Source of the DNA: an uncultured Candidatus Entotheonella sp.
Lineage (GTDB): Bacteria > Tectomicrobia > Entotheonellia > Entotheonellales > Entotheonellaceae
Direction: 5' to 3'
Length of the DNA stretch: 64,000 nt
Assembly: GCA_965215335.1 (NCBI GenBank)
Contig: CBDCDA010000002.1
Coordinates: forward strand, 64,001-128,000
Shown: positions 60,067 through 64,000 of the stretch, piece after piece
Numbering within the stretch: position 1 is the stretch's first letter
How the letters are laid out: each line of letters begins with the position of its first letter
Notes under the pieces: generated by a model
What the model saw: the letters and a program-made list of their open reading frames with translations, nothing else
The model's database searches: none
What the model was told of the DNA's origin: nothing
Position numbers and translations under genes: made by a program

Positions 60067-60788
60067 ATCCGGCTGGTGTCGCCGTGGCCGCGGTGCGGAA
60101 CTACGTGCGCTATTTGCAGCGCCTCGGCGTCACAGAGCTGCCGCTGGTGCTGCCGTCGCCGTGCGTCCCGACTGGCCCGGACGCCCCGGTCCCGGCACCG
60201 TCCTCAGCCGGCGCTGCCACACAGCTGGCGCAACTCGCGGCGTCTGTCAGGGATTGCCGGGCCTGCCGCCTGCACGAGGGCCGTCGGCAGGTGGTGTTCG
60301 GCACCGGCAACCCCGCGGCTGACCTGGTTTTCGTCGGCGAGGCGCCGGGGCGCGACGAGGACATCCAGGGCGAGCCGTTCGTCGGCCCGGCCGGTCAGCT
60401 TCTCACCCGTATCATTCAGGCCATCGGCCTGACCCGTGAGGACGTCTACATTCTCAACGTCATCAAGTGCCGTCCACCGCAGAACCGCAACCCGCTGCCC
60501 GACGAGGTGGCGGCGTGCCGCCCGATTATCGAGAAGCAGCTGGCCTGCCTGAAGCCGCGCGTCGTCTGCGCCCTCGGCACGTTTGCGGCGCAGGCGCTGC
60601 TGCGCACCGACGCGCGCATTTCACGCCTGCGCGGGCGGTTTCATCCACTGGGCGACATCCTGGTGCGGCCCACCTTTCACCCGGCGTACCTGCTGCGCAA
60701 TCCACAGGACAAGCGCAAGGTGTGGGAGGACATGCAGGACATCCAGCGCGAATTGGGCTTGCCGGGTCGAGGAGGGCAGGGAAGGTGA
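60063..60788 (+). CDS. Family 4 uracil-DNA glycosylase
   Basis: CRAC Fe-S Cys pair, [18 protein letters not shown] and TFHPAYLLR motifs. Confidence 0.95.
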   Translation: MNPAGVAVAAVRNYVRYLQRLGVTELPLVLPSPCVPTGPDAPVPAPSSAGAATQLAQLAASVRDCRACRLHEGRRQVVFGTGNPAADLVFVGEAPGRDEDIQGEPFVGPAGQLLTRIIQAIGLTREDVYILNVIKCRPPQNRNPLPDEVAACRPIIEKQLACLKPRVVCALGTFAAQALLRTDARISRLRGRFHPLGDILVRPTFHPAYLLRNPQDKRKVWEDMQDIQRELGLPGRGGQGR

Positions 60789-63385
60789 GAGAGGGGCCAC
60801 AGAATCGTCCGCCAAATTGTTTGCCGAGGCACGGCGAGCCTCTGAAACCAAACGTCAGAGCGCCGATACGCGGCGGCGGATCACGCCCGTCGAGACGGCC
60901 CAGACGGTCGGTGCAATCCCGGCGCCGTCGTCGCATCCTGCGCCGCGTGCTCATCGGCTTTGCCGTCCTGATGCTGTTGGGCATTGCCGGCGCGGGCGCG
61001 GCGGGTTACGTCGCGTATCGAGACCTGGCGACTGATCTGCCCGACGTCGCGGCGCTGGAGGATTATCAGCCCAGCTTGGTCACCGAGGTGTACGACCGCC
61101 ACGAGCAGTTGATCGCCGAGTTCTTCGTGGAAAAGCGCCGCCTGGTGCACCTCACCGAAATCCCCACGTACGTGCGGCACGCGACCATTGCCGCCGAAGA
61201 CAGCCGTTTCTACTCGCATGGCGGGGTGGATTATATCGGCATCGGGCGCGCCGTCTGGGTGAACCTGCGCGTCGGCACCACCCGCGAAGGCGCCAGCACG
61301 ATTACCCAGCAGGTGGCGCGTAATCTCTTCCTCACCCGCGAGCGCACGCTGCGGCGCAAAATTCGCGAGGCCATCCTGGCTCGCCGCATCGAGCAGCGCT
61401 ACGACAAGGACCGCATCCTGCAAATCTATCTGAACCAGATATTTTACGGCCACAACACCTATGGCATCGAAGCGGCGGCCCAGCTTTATTGCGGCAAATC
61501 CGTGGCCGATCTCGGTCTCGCCGACGGCGCGATGATCGCCGGCCTGCCGCCGGCCCCGAACACGTACTCACCGCTGAGAAACCCGGAACGCAGCCTGCGG
61601 CGGCGGGGACACGTCCTGCGGCGCATGGTGGACGAGGGTTACCTGGATCCTGGGGAAGCGGCGGTGGCGGAGCGGGAACCGCTGTGCTCTCCCGGCGCGC
61701 GTCCGCACATCACCCACCGCGTCAACAAGGCGCCGTATTTCGTTGAGCATGTGCGCCAGCATCTGGAAGACAAGTACGGCCCGACGGCGCTGTACCGCGG
61801 TGGCTTCACGGTGCACACGACGCTGGACCTGCGGCTGCAGCAGGCGGCGCAGCGGGCGATCCGGGACGGCCTGATGACGGTGGACAAGCGCATCCGTCGC
61901 GGTGCCTGGAAGCGGCCCGCTCGCAGCGTGGTGCTCACCTCGGACGCAACCCGCGATACTGCGCTGATTCAGAGGATCACCATGACGCACGGTGCCTCTC
62001 CGACGGTGTATGACGGGGACTTGTTGACCGGCGTGGTGCTGGAGGTGCAGGTGGACAGCGCTACCGTGGCCGTCCGCAAGTCGCACGGCGTGATCAAGCC
62101 GGAGGGCATCGAGTGGATCCGATCGGTGGTTGGCGAGCCGGGCAAGTTCGGCGGCGACTTGACGCAATTGCTGCGACGCGGCGACGTGGTGCGGATACGG
62201 GTCACGCGGGCCGACCCCGAGGGGTCGGCGCACGATCTGGCGCTGGAGCAGGACCCAGAGGTGCAGGGGGCGTTGCTGGCGCTGGATGCCAGCAGCAACC
62301 ACGTGTTGGCCATGATCGGCGGCTACGACTTTGACGGGAGCCAGTTCAACCGTGCGCTGCGGGCGGTTCGGCAGCCCGGTTCGGCGTTCAAGCCGGTCAT
62401 TTTCGCCGCCGCCATCGAAGCCGGCATGAATCCGACCTCACAGGTTGCGGATGATCCCATCGTGCGCGAGATTCCCGGGGGGGACACGTGGGAACCGGAA
62501 AACTATGACCAGGAATTCCTCGGGCCGGTCTCGCTGCGCCTGGCGCTCACCAAGTCGCGCAATCTGGCGACCATCGACACGCTGGAGAAAATCGGCGTGG
62601 ACGCCGCCTGCGCCTATGCCCGGCGGCTCGGCGTGCGCCGCGAGCTGCCGTGCGTACTGTCCCTGGCCCTGGGAGCCGCGGAGATGACGCTGCTCGACGT
62701 CACGACCCTCTATGGGGTGTTCGCCAACCAGGGGATTCATACCGAGCCGGTGTTCATGACCAGCATCATGGACCGCTATGGAACGATCAAGGAAGAGTAC
62801 ATGCTGACGGCGCAGCGCGTCATGAGCCCCGAGGTGGCCTACACCGTCACCAACATGCTGGAGAGCGTCGTGCAGTACGGTACCGGGCGGCGGGTACGCA
62901 CCCTGGAGCGCCCGGCGGCAGGCAAGACGGGTACCACGAACGACTTCCACGACGCCTGGTTTATCGGCTACACGCCCGAGATCGTCGCCGGCGTATGGGT
63001 GGGATTCGACAATCAGGTCTCGCTCGGCAAACGCGAGAGTGGCGGCCGGGTGGCGGCGCCGATCTGGCTGGCGTTCATGCAGAAAGCGTTGCAGGGACAG
63101 CCGGTGACGGATTTCCCAATTCCGCCGGGCATCCGCTTCGTCCGGCAGGACGTGCGGGAAGAAACGGACGCCATCACGCGCACACCGGAGGGCGACCCGT
63201 ATTTCGAAGTGTTCATCGACCCGGATTACGTCACCTCGACCGCCTCCCTGGTCAGCGGAGCGGTACCCTCCGTTTCCCTCTTGGCCGAGCCCTCGATCCC
63301 CACCGGCGATACCGATTCGCCGTCCCGTCGCATGCTCAATCAACTGGATCGCCGGCGTCGGGATACCGAAACGCCGGCGCGTTGA
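60785..63385 (+). CDS. mrcA: Penicillin-binding protein 1A (class A PBP)
   Basis: TM anchor; transglycosylase EDSRFYSH, GASTITQQ and RKIRE motifs; transpeptidase GSAFKP (SxxK), SRN and KTG motifs; GTG 60785 overlaps the udg stop, start uncertain. Confidence 0.93.
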   Translation: MREGPQNRPPNCLPRHGEPLKPNVRAPIRGGGSRPSRRPRRSVQSRRRRRILRRVLIGFAVLMLLGIAGAGAAGYVAYRDLATDLPDVAALEDYQPSLVTEVYDRHEQLIAEFFVEKRRLVHLTEIPTYVRHATIAAEDSRFYSHGGVDYIGIGRAVWVNLRVGTTREGASTITQQVARNLFLTRERTLRRKIREAILARRIEQRYDKDRILQIYLNQIFYGHNTYGIEAAAQLYCGKSVADLGLADGAMIAGLPPAPNTYSPLRNPERSLRRRGHVLRRMVDEGYLDPGEAAVAEREPLCSPGARPHITHRVNKAPYFVEHVRQHLEDKYGPTALYRGGFTVHTTLDLRLQQAAQRAIRDGLMTVDKRIRRGAWKRPARSVVLTSDATRDTALIQRITMTHGASPTVYDGDLLTGVVLEVQVDSATVAVRKSHGVIKPEGIEWIRSVVGEPGKFGGDLTQLLRRGDVVRIRVTRADPEGSAHDLALEQDPEVQGALLALDASSNHVLAMIGGYDFDGSQFNRALRAVRQPGSAFKPVIFAAAIEAGMNPTSQVADDPIVREIPGGDTWEPENYDQEFLGPVSLRLALTKSRNLATIDTLEKIGVDAACAYARRLGVRRELPCVLSLALGAAEMTLLDVTTLYGVFANQGIHTEPVFMTSIMDRYGTIKEEYMLTAQRVMSPEVAYTVTNMLESVVQYGTGRRVRTLERPAAGKTGTTNDFHDAWFIGYTPEIVAGVWVGFDNQVSLGKRESGGRVAAPIWLAFMQKALQGQPVTDFPIPPGIRFVRQDVREETDAITRTPEGDPYFEVFIDPDYVTSTASLVSGAVPSVSLLAEPSIPTGDTDSPSRRMLNQLDRRRRDTETPAR

Positions 63386-64000
63386 TCTGGATGATCCTGC
63401 CCTCCCGCACGCTCAACACGTAGAGTACTTTTTCCGCATCCCCATCGGCGTCCATTGTCGTGACGCCGGAGACGCCGGGGAAGTCGCGTATCTGCGTCAG
63501 GCCGTCGCGCAGTTCGGGTCGCGTTTGCACCCCGGTTCGCAGCACCTGGGCGCACATCATCAGGGTGTCGTAGGCCTGCGCCGCCAGCAGATCGGGAACG
63601 GCGCCGTAGCGGTCGCGAAAACCGCTTGCGAACACCGCCACGTGCGGCACCGGCGAATCTGCGTAGAAGCCGTCCATGAACACCGCCCCATCCACCACCC
63701 GCGCCGGGATGGTGGTGATCTGTGGGTGGTTCCAGCCATCGGCTCCCAGCAACTGGACCCCGGCCTCGGCATCATAGGCCAACTCCTGGGCGAGGCGAGC
63801 GATGTTGTCGGCGTAGTCCGGCACGAGCAAGGCGTCATACGTCTCGGTGCGGATGCGCTGCACGGCACGGAGGACGTCTCGCGCGTCCGGCGGGTAGGCG
63901 GCTCTCACGACCACCTGGCCGTTGTGGTCGGCGAGGGCGGCGCTGAAATGGTCGGTGAGAGCGGCGCCGTAGGCATCGTCCGGGTAAAGGATCGCGAAGC
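63336..64000 (-). CDS. 3' part of an LppC/LpoA-like type I periplasmic-binding-fold protein (runs off the window)
   Basis: YDALLVPD, LLGADGWN, AAQAYD and FPGVSGVTTMD motifs; the frame is open to the window end. Confidence 0.75.
   Translation of the reverse strand, partial: FAILYPDDAYGAALTDHFSAALADHNGQVVVRAAYPPDARDVLRAVQRIRTETYDALLVPDYADNIARLAQELAYDAEAGVQLLGADGWNHPQITTIPARVVDGAVFMDGFYADSPVPHVAVFASGFRDRYGAVPDLLAAQAYDTLMMCAQVLRTGVQTRPELRDGLTQIRDFPGVSGVTTMDADGDAEKVLYVLSVREGRIIQINAPAFRYPDAGDPVD

Overview
GC-rich bacterial chromosomal window from a diderm, since DnaK carries the Gram-negative-type N-terminal insert. Gene content suggests a Tectomicrobia/Nitrospinota/deltaproteobacteria-like lineage, which is inference only. 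It is mostly metabolic and housekeeping DNA: three acyl-CoA dehydrogenases, an atypical thiolase, rqcH, dnaK-grpE, a citrate synthase-prpF-aconitase-MetE-like operon, ABC exporters, an M16 peptidase, an acyl-CoA synthetase plus Liv-type ABC importer cluster, selA-selB, and rluB-yicC-gmk-coaBC-udg-PBP1A. Accessory DNA comprises brnT-brnA and a small island with a Panacea-like fusion, DUF2335 and a single-chain restriction-modification enzyme. The best find is a selenoprotein gene that the ORF track truncates. It is a DsbA/Rv2466c-like thioredoxin-fold protein (46569..45907, minus) with an in-frame UGA in a C-Y-V-U-P motif followed by a SECIS-like hairpin, about 5.5 kb from selB/selA. Other notable items are a CoaBC with a decayed decarboxylase domain plus a separate stand-alone CoaC, a methylcitrate-like operon with a MetE-like gene instead of prpB, a Cys-less thiolase with an extra C-terminal domain, and three gene remnants (enoyl-CoA hydratase, VapC, MaoC). 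All family assignments come from motif recognition by eye; no searches were run.
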